Part shown: positions 39,186 to 48,258 of the stretch, one piece after another
Position numbering within the stretch: the first letter of the stretch is position 1
How the letters are laid out: the number at the start of each line of letters is the position of its first letter
Source of the DNA: Patescibacteria group bacterium
GTDB lineage: Bacteria; Patescibacteriota; Minisyncoccia; JACQLN01
Length of the DNA stretch: 64,000 bases
Direction: 5' to 3'
NCBI GenBank assembly: GCA_038065095.1
Contig: JBBTRR010000004.1
Coordinates: 15,998 to 79,997, forward strand
Notes under the pieces: model-generated
Seen by the model: the letters and a program-made list of their open reading frames with translations, nothing else
What the model was told of the DNA's origin: nothing
The model's database searches: none
Position numbers and translations under genes: made by a program

Positions 39186-40120
39186 CTCCGGAAGAATTTA
39201 GCAATGGTTATTTCCTCAAGGAAAAACTTAAACGCTTTTCCTATGGAACTCATAACGCTGTGTTTACCTCCGCCTCCACTTGTTGGATTTGGACTCGCGC
39301 TGGAAGCAGTATGTCCTTTAAAAGCTTTACTGATAGCTGATCCAGCTTCTTCTTTAAACGAGATGATGGTATAGATTAAAAGGATTGGTATTGCCACTAT
39401 GGACAATAGCCACAACCACCAAGACAAAGTGCTTGCTGTTTTTTTAAACCAGCTAGATTTTGTTTTGGCGATTTCTTTTTTTCCTGCCAGCTCTTGATCT
39501 GTTTTGAACTGACCACGCTCGGCAAGGTTTTTTCTTTTCTCTGCCGTATCGGCTTTTCTTGTTTCTGCCGATGCAGAGATGCTGGTAGGAAATAGTGGTT
39601 TGTTTGGGCCGATACCGATCGCAAAAATGTTGAATATCATCCAAAAAATCCAGACCACCCAAAACGTTTTTGCGCGGAAATTATTTTGGTTATCGTTTTT
39701 TGTGGTGAATCTCACCCAAAACCAGTGAACTGGTTTGAGAAAGGGATTCATATCGCTCGGTGCCGCAGGATAACTTATTGGCGGTTTCTTGGGCGGAGGT
39801 AATGGCTCCAGATTAAATTCTTCTTGCTTTTCTGGAGTGTGAATCTCCAACTTTCCTGGCACAGCATTAAAGGTGCAAACACCTTTGGAATCAGTCTGCT
39901 CTGTTTTCTGGCTACCGTTCTGTATAAAGATGAAGGAGACTCCCGCTTCCGGCTTACCGGCTTTGTGAGCCGATGCCACAATCACCCAATTGCCATCTGT
40001 TTTTTGGGAACGAGATAGAAATATTTTTATGGGTGGTTGCGGTGGCGGTTGTGGTACAGGTCTTGGTCCTGTGGGTCTTGGGCTTCCAGATCCTCCGTGC
40101 GTTGGTCCTCTTTTAGCCAT
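39176..40120 (-). CDS. Pro-rich membrane protein with Ig/CarboxypepD_reg-like domain, hypothetical
   Basis: 314 aa; N-terminal PxP-rich region, beta-sandwich-like segment (GNWVIVASAHKAGKPEAGVSFIFIQNG...GVCTFNAVPGKLEI), two TMs; GC-elevated; 10-nt overlap with the downstream gene. Confidence 0.5.
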   Translation of the reverse strand: MAKRGPTHGGSGSPRPTGPRPVPQPPPQPPIKIFLSRSQKTDGNWVIVASAHKAGKPEAGVSFIFIQNGSQKTEQTDSKGVCTFNAVPGKLEIHTPEKQEEFNLEPLPPPKKPPISYPAAPSDMNPFLKPVHWFWVRFTTKNDNQNNFRAKTFWVVWIFWMIFNIFAIGIGPNKPLFPTSISASAETRKADTAEKRKNLAERGQFKTDQELAGKKEIAKTKSSWFKKTASTLSWWLWLLSIVAIPILLIYTIISFKEEAGSAISKAFKGHTASSASPNPTSGGGGKHSVMSSIGKAFKFFLEEITIAKFFRRWL

Positions 40121-40383
40121 TAAGGTGTCTCCTTTTAGTGTTTTTACTGCGTAAGTTTTTAAGTTACTAACCGTTTTCTGTGTGTTTATATACTATACTA
40201 AAGTAACTCAAAAGTCAAGTTTAAAACTAGGCTCATAAGATGCTTAAGATAAGAGGTGATTTTTTACTGTTTTTACTGTAATATTTCTTTTATGCCCTAG
40301 TGGTGAAATTGTCCCGAAAAATACAGGGTGCAGCGTGACAATATTTTTCGAGGATCCCGTTTTCCTGCGAGTGGTGTGTTTAA

Positions 40384-40645
40384 GGGCGAGTGGATTAAAA
40401 GCAAATGTTTTTGCTTTTAATGGCCAACTACATTAATTAATATGATTTATAGGTTGGCCTTGGAGAAATTGGCAGAATTATTCTACACAAAGTGCTGGGG
40501 TGGCGAAATTGGTAGACGCACTAGCCTTAGGAGTTAGCGGGGCAACCCATGGGAGTTCGAGTCTCCCCCCCAGCACTTTGTGTAGAATACCGCAAGGATT
40601 AATCGTGACAACGTCACGATTAATGGTTCAAATCCCACCTCGCCC
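40384..40645. repeat. About 260-bp multi-level inverted-repeat structure enclosing tRNA-Leu
   Basis: Outer IR GGGCGAGtGG / CCaCCTCGCCC. Two perfect palindromes, attaaaagcaaatgtttttgcttttaat (40394-40421) and attaatcgtgacaacgtcacgattaat (40598-40624). Inner 13-bp IR ttctacacaaagt / actttgtgtagaa directly abuts the tRNA acceptor ends. Confidence 0.5.
40494..40575 (+). tRNA. tRNA-Leu (anticodon UAG), class II with long variable arm
   Basis: GCTGGGG-TG-GCG-AAATTGGTAGA-CGC-A-CTAGC-CTTAGGA-GTTAG-CGGGGCAACCCATG-GGGAG-TTCGAGT-CTCCC-CCCCAGC-A. Confidence 0.85.
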
Positions 40646-40731
40646 ACATTCAGCTTGTGTTATTTGGAAATAGTGTTAATATGTTTAAGCAACGTCGAAT
40701 GTTACAAGTAAAAATAGTTTAAAATAGTCAT

Positions 40732-40938
40732 ATGACAGGACCAAAAACAGGAACAATCAAAACCCTTAGAGAAGGATTTGGATTCATATCTCGCGAAGGC
40801 GTAGATAAGGATCTTTTCTTTCATGCTAAAGATCTTGATGGACTTACGTTTGATGAACTTAAAGTTGGAGACAATCTTTCTTTTGATGTTGAAGAAACTG
40901 AAAAAGGAACAGCCGCCAAAAAAGTATCTCGTTCGTAA
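40732..40938 (+). CDS. cspA: Cold-shock protein (CspA family)
   Basis: 68 aa; GTIKTLREGFGFISREG (RNP1-like KGFGFI motif). Confidence 0.9.
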   Translation: MTGPKTGTIKTLREGFGFISREGVDKDLFFHAKDLDGLTFDELKVGDNLSFDVEETEKGTAAKKVSRS

Positions 40939-40985
40939 TCTTTTAAGAAATACTTTTAAAAAGTATTTCTATATAGATAATAAAA

Positions 40986-41010
40986 TTCCCCCGACACTAG
41001 GTCGGGGGAA
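40986..41010. terminator. GC hairpin terminator (cccccgacgc family, copy 5), bidirectional
   Basis: aaaa-ttcccccgacactaggtcgggggaa-tttt between convergent cspA and the 3D-domain gene. Confidence 0.6.
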
Positions 41011-41016
41011 TTTTAT

Positions 41017-41559
41017 TCAGAGTGAATAGTCTTCTATAACTTCAATTTGCAGTTTTTTTCGGCCGAAAGTTTTGGCTTCTTGTTTGGTAGGAAACCAAAT
41101 GTCTACTTTCTCGGTGTGGCGTCTGGCCATACGGTCTTCTACTACGAATATTTTATTTCCAAACATTTCTGGTATTCTAATTTTGGTGCCCATCGGCAAA
41201 AAGTTAGCAGCAACTATACCGTCGCGTACTTTTTTACCAGAAGCAGTTATAAAAGGAGTGCTGTCTGTTTCATCTATACTAGACGAGTAAGCGGTTACAA
41301 AAGTTTCGTATACCTTAATCACACCTATTAAAGGTTGGCCAGAAGTTATTAGAGCTATACCGTTTATAGTAGCAAGGTCGTTATTTTCTTTTTCGTAGTC
41401 GGCTAAGACTATGGGAGAAATTTTATTCTTAAGCCAAGAACTTATACTGTCTGTGTTTATATCAATTAAGCCTGCGTGTGCATAAGCAGGCACAGAAGAC
41501 ATTAAGATTATGGCTATAATTAGCCTTAAAATAAACGCTTTTTTTATAATGTTTTTCAT
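41017..41559 (-). CDS. 3D-domain protein (YuiC/MltA-like cell-wall binding)
   Basis: Signal peptide; C-terminal TFVTAYS...DGIVAANFLPMGTKIRIPE...VVEDRMARRHTEKVDIW fits the 3D domain. Confidence 0.65.
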   Translation of the reverse strand: MKNIIKKAFILRLIIAIILMSSVPAYAHAGLIDINTDSISSWLKNKISPIVLADYEKENNDLATINGIALITSGQPLIGVIKVYETFVTAYSSSIDETDSTPFITASGKKVRDGIVAANFLPMGTKIRIPEMFGNKIFVVEDRMARRHTEKVDIWFPTKQEAKTFGRKKLQIEVIEDYSL

Positions 41560-41809
41560 AGTTTGGGGATTAACCCTGCGCTGTGTTTAGTGTAATCCCT
41601 CGCTTAAAAGCTCGGGATTATTGCTTATAGCTACTCGCCAAAGGCTCGCAGATAAGCAATAAAAAACCGCGTCGAGACGCGATATGTTGCAATATTAGCA
41701 TATTATTATTAACTTGTCAATAGCTACTATAATATGCTATATTTACGCTAGGAAGGTAGCAGTAAATAGATAGTTAGTAAATAGCCACTAGAAGTTAGGG
41801 TAAAAGAAT

Positions 41810-41881
41810 GCCTCTGTAGTGAAATGGATATCACGCGACGCTTCGGACGTCGTATTCCGGGTTCAAGTCCTGGCGGAGGCA
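41810..41881 (+). tRNA. tRNA-Arg (anticodon UCG)
   Basis: GCCTCTG-TA-GTGA-AATGGATA-TCAC-G-CGACG-CTTCGGA-CGTCG-TATT-CCGGG-TTCAAGT-CCTGG-CGGAGGC-A. Confidence 0.85.
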
Positions 41882-41922
41882 CATATGAGATAAAAATTTA
41901 AATATCAAATATCAAAAATATT

Positions 41923-42936
41923 ATGAAACGTATACTTACAGGCGATCGGCCTACAGGCAAGCTCCATTTGGGGCATTATGTAGGCACACTAAAAAATCGT
42001 ATAGCGTTACAAAACGAATACGAGACTTTTATTATTCTTGCCGATTTACATACGCTTACTACAAAACCGGAAAAAGAAAATATCCAAAAATTAAACGAAA
42101 ACATTCGCCAGTTGATGTTAGATTACTTAGCTTGCGGATTAGATCCCAAAAAAGTTATTTTTTATAGGCAATCGCAAGTTCCAGAAGTCGCCTATCTTTC
42201 TTTGCTATTTTCAATGCTAGTTACAACTTCTCGCTTAGAAAGATTACCAACCTTAAAAGACGTAATGCGAGATTTAAAAATAGATAATGCTTCTTTGGGT
42301 TTATTATCTTACCCTGTTTTACAATCAGCCGATATTTTAATGGTGCGTGCAAATCTTGTACCTGTTGGAAAGGATCAAGAATCGCATATAGAACTTACGC
42401 GCGAAATTGCAAATAAATTTAATAAAATGTATCCCTCGACTGCACTCGGGACAGGCGGGGAAGTTTTTCCAGAGCCCGAAGCTTTAATTGGCAATGAAGC
42501 TATAACTTTAATTGGAACAGATGGCAAAGCCAAAATGTCTAAGTCGCTTGGCAATTGCATTTATCTTTCCGATAGCGCCGAAGAAGTTAAAAAGAAAGTT
42601 ATGGGTATGTATACCGACCCTAATCGCGTACATGGTAATGAACCCGGCCAAGTGGAAGGTAATCCAGTTTTTATTTACCACGATCTTTTTAATACCAATA
42701 AAGATGAAGTTGCCGATCTTAAAGAACGCTATCAAAAAGGCACGGTTAAAGATGTAGAAGTTAAAGAAAAATTAGCTATAGCGATAAACAACTTTTTAGA
42801 ACCTATTAGAACCAAGCGAACCGAGTTTGAAAATAAGCCAGAACTTATAGATCAAATACTTTTAGATGGCACCGCTCGCGCCCGTGCCGAAGCCCAAGAA
42901 ACTTTGAAGTTGGTTAAAGAGGCCATGGGGTTTTAA
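41923..42936 (+). CDS. trpS: Tryptophan--tRNA ligase
   Basis: HIGH-type TGKLHLGH and KMSKS motifs; overall class Ic TrpRS pattern. Confidence 0.9.
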   Translation: MKRILTGDRPTGKLHLGHYVGTLKNRIALQNEYETFIILADLHTLTTKPEKENIQKLNENIRQLMLDYLACGLDPKKVIFYRQSQVPEVAYLSLLFSMLVTTSRLERLPTLKDVMRDLKIDNASLGLLSYPVLQSADILMVRANLVPVGKDQESHIELTREIANKFNKMYPSTALGTGGEVFPEPEALIGNEAITLIGTDGKAKMSKSLGNCIYLSDSAEEVKKKVMGMYTDPNRVHGNEPGQVEGNPVFIYHDLFNTNKDEVADLKERYQKGTVKDVEVKEKLAIAINNFLEPIRTKRTEFENKPELIDQILLDGTARARAEAQETLKLVKEAMGF

Positions 42937-42973
42937 TAAACAAAAATTTAAAAATAAAATATCAAAAATATAA

Positions 42974-43013
42974 AACGTGTCCCGAGCTTACGATCGTAGA
43001 TTCGGGACACGTT
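42974..43013. terminator. Long nested palindromic hairpin downstream of trpS (repeat family shared with the rsmA insert)
   Basis: aacgtgtcccgagcttacgatcgtagattcgggacacgtt, a 12-bp outer stem plus inner tacgatcgta palindrome, followed by tttaatt. Confidence 0.6.
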
Positions 43014-43314
43014 TTAATTAGATAAACATTTAATCTCGATAATAATAGAATAACAGAGTTTTAGACATTTTTTTAATTTAAATGTTTTTTGATGTGGATT
43101 AAAATATAAGTATCTTTTTGGATAATAAAGTAAAAGCATATATGCCTATCCATGCGAGCTTGCCAGATGCCTGTAGTCTTGCTGTATTTTTTAGCGCGCA
43201 AAGATGGTTAATTTATATTTCTTAACAAAAAACAGGCTTGTTTATAAAACTTTCGCCGGATTTATTTTGGGAAATTTCTAAGTTCCTTTTTAAACTTGGG
43301 CGGATAAAACAGTT

Positions 43315-43524
43315 TCATTTTTCCAAAGATTTTTTTAATTCTTTGATTGAACTAAACGGTCCAATTATTTTTCCTTGTTTTATTTCTTTGAGCGCCACCA
43401 GTAGTTTTTTGTCTAAATCATTTTTTTTATTTTTAGCAAACACAAACTCCTCGTATTCTTTACGAGGTATTATCACTAATTCTTCTCCCTTAGTTACCGA
43501 TTTATTAATAATTACTACTGTCAT
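43315..43524 (-). CDS. Small hypothetical protein (antitoxin-like, orphan)
   Basis: 69 aa; ELVIIPRKEYEEF resembles Phd/AbrB-type antitoxin cores. Lies 37 bp downstream of the recombinase gene with no toxin partner. Confidence 0.3.
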   Translation of the reverse strand: MTVVIINKSVTKGEELVIIPRKEYEEFVFAKNKKNDLDKKLLVALKEIKQGKIIGPFSSIKELKKSLEK

Positions 43525-43560
43525 GGTATTAAATTATCATCATTGTAGTCAAAGTTTGGA

Positions 43561-44466
43561 TTATTCTTTTCTTCTGCGTGCGTGGAAGGCTTTGTGAATT
43601 TCTTTTAAGCCTGTGTCTGTAACGTGGGTGTATATTTGAGTTGTGGTTATATTGGCATGTCCCAGCATGGCTTGAACCGAACGTATATCGGCACCATTGC
43701 GTAATAAATCAGTTGCGAAAGAATGGCGCAATGTATGCGGGTGAATATCTTTTACAATTCCGGCTTTGGTTGCATAGTGTTTAACAATTCTTTGAACGGT
43801 TCTAGGTGTAATTCTTAAATCTTTATTCGCTTTTTGTTTTTTATCACTTATTCTTCTAGCGAATAGTGCTTCACTCATATCTTCTCTTTTAGCAATATAG
43901 TTTTCTAAAGAACGCCTGGCGGGTTCAGAAAGAAAAACCACGCGAATTTTATCGCCTTTACCGCGTACTGCAAACTCGCCACGTTTTAAATTAACTGATT
44001 CTTTATTTAACGAACAAAGTTCGGAAACACGTAATCCCGTAGAAAACAAAAGTTCTAATAAGGCTTTGTCGCGTAAGTTTTTAACAGAATTACCATTAGC
44101 AGAATCCAACAAGCGCTCTATTTCTTCGTTTTCTAAAAAGTCTATGTGCCTATCGCCAATTTTTCCCAATTCTATTTTGTCGGCGGTTAAAGTTTTTACA
44201 TCGCGTTTGGCTAAGTATTTTAAAAAATTACGTAAAGCAATTAAATGGTAGGCTTGTGTAATTTTTTTTAATGGGGGAGTTATTCGGTTTAGATGTAATC
44301 TATAGTTTCTAACTACATCGTTGGAAATACTAGAAGGTGAATTAATTTTGGCGTAATCAAAAAAGCGTCTTAGATAACGATCGTAATTTTCTATCGTTTT
44401 TATTGAACGGTTTTTTTCTATTTCTAAATAATTTAAATAATCGGTGAATAAAGATTTTATAGTCAT
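43561..44466 (-). CDS. xerC: Tyrosine site-specific recombinase (XerC/XerD family)
   Basis: C-terminal HTLRHSFATDLLRNGADIRSVQAMLGHANITTTQIYTHV contains the R..H..R..Y catalytic residues. Confidence 0.85.
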   Translation of the reverse strand: MTIKSLFTDYLNYLEIEKNRSIKTIENYDRYLRRFFDYAKINSPSSISNDVVRNYRLHLNRITPPLKKITQAYHLIALRNFLKYLAKRDVKTLTADKIELGKIGDRHIDFLENEEIERLLDSANGNSVKNLRDKALLELLFSTGLRVSELCSLNKESVNLKRGEFAVRGKGDKIRVVFLSEPARRSLENYIAKREDMSEALFARRISDKKQKANKDLRITPRTVQRIVKHYATKAGIVKDIHPHTLRHSFATDLLRNGADIRSVQAMLGHANITTTQIYTHVTDTGLKEIHKAFHARRRKE

Positions 44467-44599
44467 GTTTAATTTATTATATCAGATATTATGCGACCCT
44501 CGGCTGTGTTTGACACGACCTTTTACCCGTGTATAATATAGGTATTACTGTGAAGTTTGATTAAGGACCGTTACGAAGCGGGCCTTATTTTTTTAAGGG

Positions 44600-44700
44600 C
44601 TTTACCCAATAAACAGAGCGAAGTGAATGTTTATTGGCTGTAAAACCTTACCCCGCCATGGCGGGGTGCTCAATTTAATAGCTATTCGCTTCACTCATAG
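44600..44700. repeat. Palindrome-containing intergenic repeat, copy 1 (upstream of nusA)
   Basis: gagcgaagtgaat ... ccccgccatggcgggg ... tgctcaatttaatagctattcgcttcactc; the terminal portion is shared with 60085-60215. Confidence 0.4.
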
Positions 44701-44734
44701 TTCGATTAACTCACTATAAATAAATAAAACTTGC

Positions 44735-46060
44735 ATGATTGATTTAAAACAATTTATTTCGGCTATAGACCAAATTGCCGAGGAAAAGGGTATTCCTAGG
44801 GAAAAAGTCATGGAAACCATAGAAATGGCCATGGCTGCCGCCTATAAAAAGGATTATGGCGAAAAAGGTCAAAATATAAGGGTAGTGTTAGATCCTAAAA
44901 CTGGAACTGCTAAGTTTTTTCAGGTTCTTTTGGCTGTGGATGAAAGTATGATTTTTTCGGAAGAAGAAATTGCTAAAATGGAAGCTGATCGAGCCGAAAG
45001 GGAGGCTAAATTGAAAGGAGAAACAGTTGAAAAATCAGAACAAACTTCAACGGGTGAATCCTCCTTCGCTAAAGCTATGGAGGACGAGGATGATGAGATA
45101 GTATCAGGCGTGACGCAGGATAAAAAATTCCGTTTTAATCCAAAACGCCATGTTTTAATTGATGAAGCTAAAAAAACCAAGTCTGACATTGAACTTGGTG
45201 GAGAGCTTCTGATTCCATTAGATACTAAAGAAGACTACGGTCGTATTGCTGCTCAAACAGCTAAGCAGGTTATTATTCAGCGTATTCGTGAAGCCGAAAG
45301 GGAGGTCGTTTACGCAACCTTTAAAGAAAAAGAAGGCGATATTCTTTCGGCTACTGTTCAAAGGGTTGAACGTGGCACGGTTTACTTAGATATTGGAAAA
45401 ACAACAGGGTCTTTGTTTCCAGAAGAACAAATTCCACAAGAAAGGTATCGTATTGGCCAGCGTTTAAGAGTTTATGTGGTTAGAGTAGAAAAGGATCATC
45501 GTGGTCCGGCTATTATACTTTCACGTAAGCATCCTAAGATTATTGCCAAACTTTTCGAACTAGAAGTTCCAGAAATCGCCACAGGTGTAGTAGAAATTAA
45601 AGCTATTGCTCGTGAAGCTGGTTCTAGAAGCAAAGTCGCGGTTTATTCTAGTGATCCCGGAATTGATCCGGTAGGATCTTGTGTTGGACAAAGAGGTATT
45701 AGGGTCAGCGCTGTTATTAGTGAGCTTGGTGGAGAAAATATAGATATTGTAGCTTGGTCCAACGATGAATCTAAACTAATAGCGAGCGCACTTTCTCCTG
45801 CTAAAGTTTTAAATGTTGATTTAAATGAGGTTCATCATATAGCCACTGTAGATGTAAGCGAGGATCAACTTTCTTTGGCTATTGGTAAGAGGGGGCAAAA
45901 TGTTAGATTAGCTGCCGAACTTACGGGTTGGAAAATAGATGTTAAGGGAACTGCGCCTATTATTAAAGAGGAAGCAAAAACAGAATCGGAAAATGAAGAA
46001 ACGGTAGTAACTGAATTAAGTGAAGTGATTAGTGAAGAAAAATTAAAAGAAAATATCTAA
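44735..46060 (+). CDS. nusA: Transcription termination/antitermination factor NusA
   Basis: N-terminal NusA domain, S1 and two KH regions (GQRGIRVSAVISELGGENIDI...; IGKRGQNVRLAAELTGWKIDV); acidic insertion. Confidence 0.9.
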   Translation: MIDLKQFISAIDQIAEEKGIPREKVMETIEMAMAAAYKKDYGEKGQNIRVVLDPKTGTAKFFQVLLAVDESMIFSEEEIAKMEADRAEREAKLKGETVEKSEQTSTGESSFAKAMEDEDDEIVSGVTQDKKFRFNPKRHVLIDEAKKTKSDIELGGELLIPLDTKEDYGRIAAQTAKQVIIQRIREAEREVVYATFKEKEGDILSATVQRVERGTVYLDIGKTTGSLFPEEQIPQERYRIGQRLRVYVVRVEKDHRGPAIILSRKHPKIIAKLFELEVPEIATGVVEIKAIAREAGSRSKVAVYSSDPGIDPVGSCVGQRGIRVSAVISELGGENIDIVAWSNDESKLIASALSPAKVLNVDLNEVHHIATVDVSEDQLSLAIGKRGQNVRLAAELTGWKIDVKGTAPIIKEEAKTESENEETVVTELSEVISEEKLKENI

Positions 46061-46180
46061 TACCCAATTACTAATATCTAATCAATTTCTAATGTTTAAA
46101 TGCCCAATTTTAGAACTTAGTCATTAGACATTTGCGTTTGATTAGAAATTAGATATTAGAAATTAAAATTTTTTAAAAAA

Positions 46181-48157
46181 ATGTCCATATCACAAATATT
46201 TATTGTAGTATCGGGTTTGGTAGGAATTATTTATGGAACGCTTCTTATTGTTTCGGTTTTAAAAAAACCAGAAGGTCCAGAGGAACAAAAAAGTATTTCT
46301 CAAGCTATACGCGAAGGTGCTAATGCTTACTTAAAACGTCAGTATAAAACAATATCTATAATCGCAATTTTGTTGGCAGTTGGAATTTATTTTGCTTTAG
46401 ATCTAACTACGGCAATTGGGTTTTTGATTGGCGGATTTTTTTCTGCCTTAGCAGGATACATTGGTATGAGCGTAGCTGTTAGATCAAATGTTCGTGTGGC
46501 TGAAGCTGCCAAAACCGGTTTAAGACAGGCTTTTTCTTTAGCTTTTAATGGCGGAGCTGTTACGGGATTTTTTGTTTGCGCTTTAGCTTTACTTTCGGTA
46601 TCGGGATTTTATTTTATTACAGGTAATTTAAACGCTCTTATCGGATTAGGTTTTGGTGGTAGTTTAATTTCTATTTTTGCTCGTTTGGGTGGAGGCATAT
46701 TTACCAAGGGCGCTGATGTTGGTGCAGATTTAGTTGGAAAAATTGAAGCTGGAATTCCGGAAGACGATCCTAGAAACCCAGCAGTTATTGCCGATAACGT
46801 TGGTGATAATGTGGGGGACTGTGCTGGTATGGCGGCTGATCTTTTCGAAACCTATGTAGTTACAATGGTAGGCACAATGTTGCTCGGTGCTTTCGTGGCT
46901 CCATCATTTATAATTTTACCTTTAGTAATTGGAGCTATGGCTATTTTGGGAAGCATTGTTGGTTCTTGGTTTGTGAGATTGTCTGGCGAAGCAATTATGG
47001 CTGCCCTTTATAAAGGCTTACTAGCTTCGGCTGTTATAACTTTGGCTGCACTTTGGTTTATTATTCCAAAAGTTATAAATACAGAAAACAATATTAATTT
47101 GTTTTGGTCGGCGCTTGTTGGTGTAGTTGTTACTTTCTTGATGGTTTTAGTTACCGATTATTATACTTCTAAAAATTATAGGCCGGTAAAATCTATTGCC
47201 CACTCTTCTCAGTCTGGACATGGTACAAATATAATTACAGGGCTTGCTGTTTCTTTGGAAAGCACGGCGTTGCCAGTTATTATTATTTCCGCTGGAGTTT
47301 TATTTTCTTTTCAACTTTTTGGAATTTATGGCGTAGCAATTGCGGCTTCAAGCATGCTTTCAATGGCCGCAATAATTGTAGCTATAGATTCTTTTGGACC
47401 TATTACAGATAATGCTGGTGGTATTGCTGAAATGGCGGGGTTAGATGAATCTGTGCGTAAACACACTGATGCTTTAGATGCTGTTGGTAATACTACAAAA
47501 GCCATAACCAAAGGCTATGCTATTGCTTCGGCCGGCCTCGCCGCCTTAACTTTATTTGTGGTTTATGTGGCTGAAATAGAAAAATTTGGTTTAAGATTTG
47601 GTTTTCAATTGGTAAATCCAATTGTTCTCATCGGTTTATTTTTGGGCGCAATGTTGCCTTACATATTTGCTTCTTTTTCTATTAGGGCTGTAGGTGAAGC
47701 TGCTTCCAAGGTTGTTATGGAGGTTCGCCGTCAGTTTAAGGAAATGCCAGGTATTATGGAACGAACTGTAAAACCAGATTATGCCAAAGCGGTAGATATT
47801 GTTACTATTGCGGCTCAAAAGGGAATGATAATTCCAGCTTTGATTCCAATATTTGTACCAATTTTGGTAGGTTGGTTTTTAGGTTTAGAAGCCTTAGGGG
47901 GTGTTATTGTTGGTTCGTTAATTTCTGGTTTATTTATGGCTATTTCTATGACCTCAGGCGGTGCCGCTTGGGATAATGCAAAAAAATATATTGAAGACGG
48001 GCATTATGGCGGTAAAAAATCGTTTGCGCATCAAGCTGCAGTTACAGGCGACACTGTAGGTGATCCTTACAAAGATACGGCTGGTCCTGCCATTAACCCA
48101 ATGATTAAAATTGTTAACATTGTGGCGTTGTTGATAGTGGGTTTGTTAGTGAAGTAG
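46181..48157 (+). CDS. hppA: Membrane-bound proton/sodium-translocating pyrophosphatase
   Basis: 658 aa polytopic; [55 protein letters not shown] is the V-PPase signature. Confidence 0.93.
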   Translation: MSISQIFIVVSGLVGIIYGTLLIVSVLKKPEGPEEQKSISQAIREGANAYLKRQYKTISIIAILLAVGIYFALDLTTAIGFLIGGFFSALAGYIGMSVAVRSNVRVAEAAKTGLRQAFSLAFNGGAVTGFFVCALALLSVSGFYFITGNLNALIGLGFGGSLISIFARLGGGIFTKGADVGADLVGKIEAGIPEDDPRNPAVIADNVGDNVGDCAGMAADLFETYVVTMVGTMLLGAFVAPSFIILPLVIGAMAILGSIVGSWFVRLSGEAIMAALYKGLLASAVITLAALWFIIPKVINTENNINLFWSALVGVVVTFLMVLVTDYYTSKNYRPVKSIAHSSQSGHGTNIITGLAVSLESTALPVIIISAGVLFSFQLFGIYGVAIAASSMLSMAAIIVAIDSFGPITDNAGGIAEMAGLDESVRKHTDALDAVGNTTKAITKGYAIASAGLAALTLFVVYVAEIEKFGLRFGFQLVNPIVLIGLFLGAMLPYIFASFSIRAVGEAASKVVMEVRRQFKEMPGIMERTVKPDYAKAVDIVTIAAQKGMIIPALIPIFVPILVGWFLGLEALGGVIVGSLISGLFMAISMTSGGAAWDNAKKYIEDGHYGGKKSFAHQAAVTGDTVGDPYKDTAGPAINPMIKIVNIVALLIVGLLVK

Positions 48158-48167
48158 TTTTTTACAC

Positions 48168-48245
48168 ATCACTCCTCACAGACGATATGGAGCCTCTTTA
48201 TTTATATAAATTGTCTTCTCCATAATGCTGTTCGGAGTGATGTGT
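48168..48245. repeat. Terminator-loop palindromic insert element, copy 1
   Basis: CACTCC-tca-[cagacgatatggagcctctttatt...ttgtcttctccataatgctg]-tt-CGGAGTG. The outer stem equals the plain terminators at 35306-35335 and 57565-57598. Confidence 0.6.
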
Positions 48246-48258
48246 ATGTAAATAAATA

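Noticed and set aside
40381-40652. Possible tmRNA or split tRNA (GGGCGAG ... GGTTCAAATCCCACCTCGCCCACA)
   Set aside because: An intact tRNA-Leu sits in the middle, no tag-peptide reading frame ending in ALAA-like residues is present, and the 5'/3' pieces are better explained as an outer inverted repeat.
25289-41010. GC hairpins (cccccgacgc family) as integron attC-like cassette boundaries
   Set aside because: The hairpins are only about 25 bp, lack the R/L box architecture of attC, always sit after a stop codon with adjacent A/T tracts like intrinsic terminators, and no IntI-type integrase is present.
43561-44466. XerC/D-like recombinase as a dedicated integrase of a mobile element at this position
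   Set aside because: The flanks show no att-like repeats or cargo genes, which is consistent with a housekeeping chromosome-dimer resolvase. It is mentioned only as a possible trans-acting factor.
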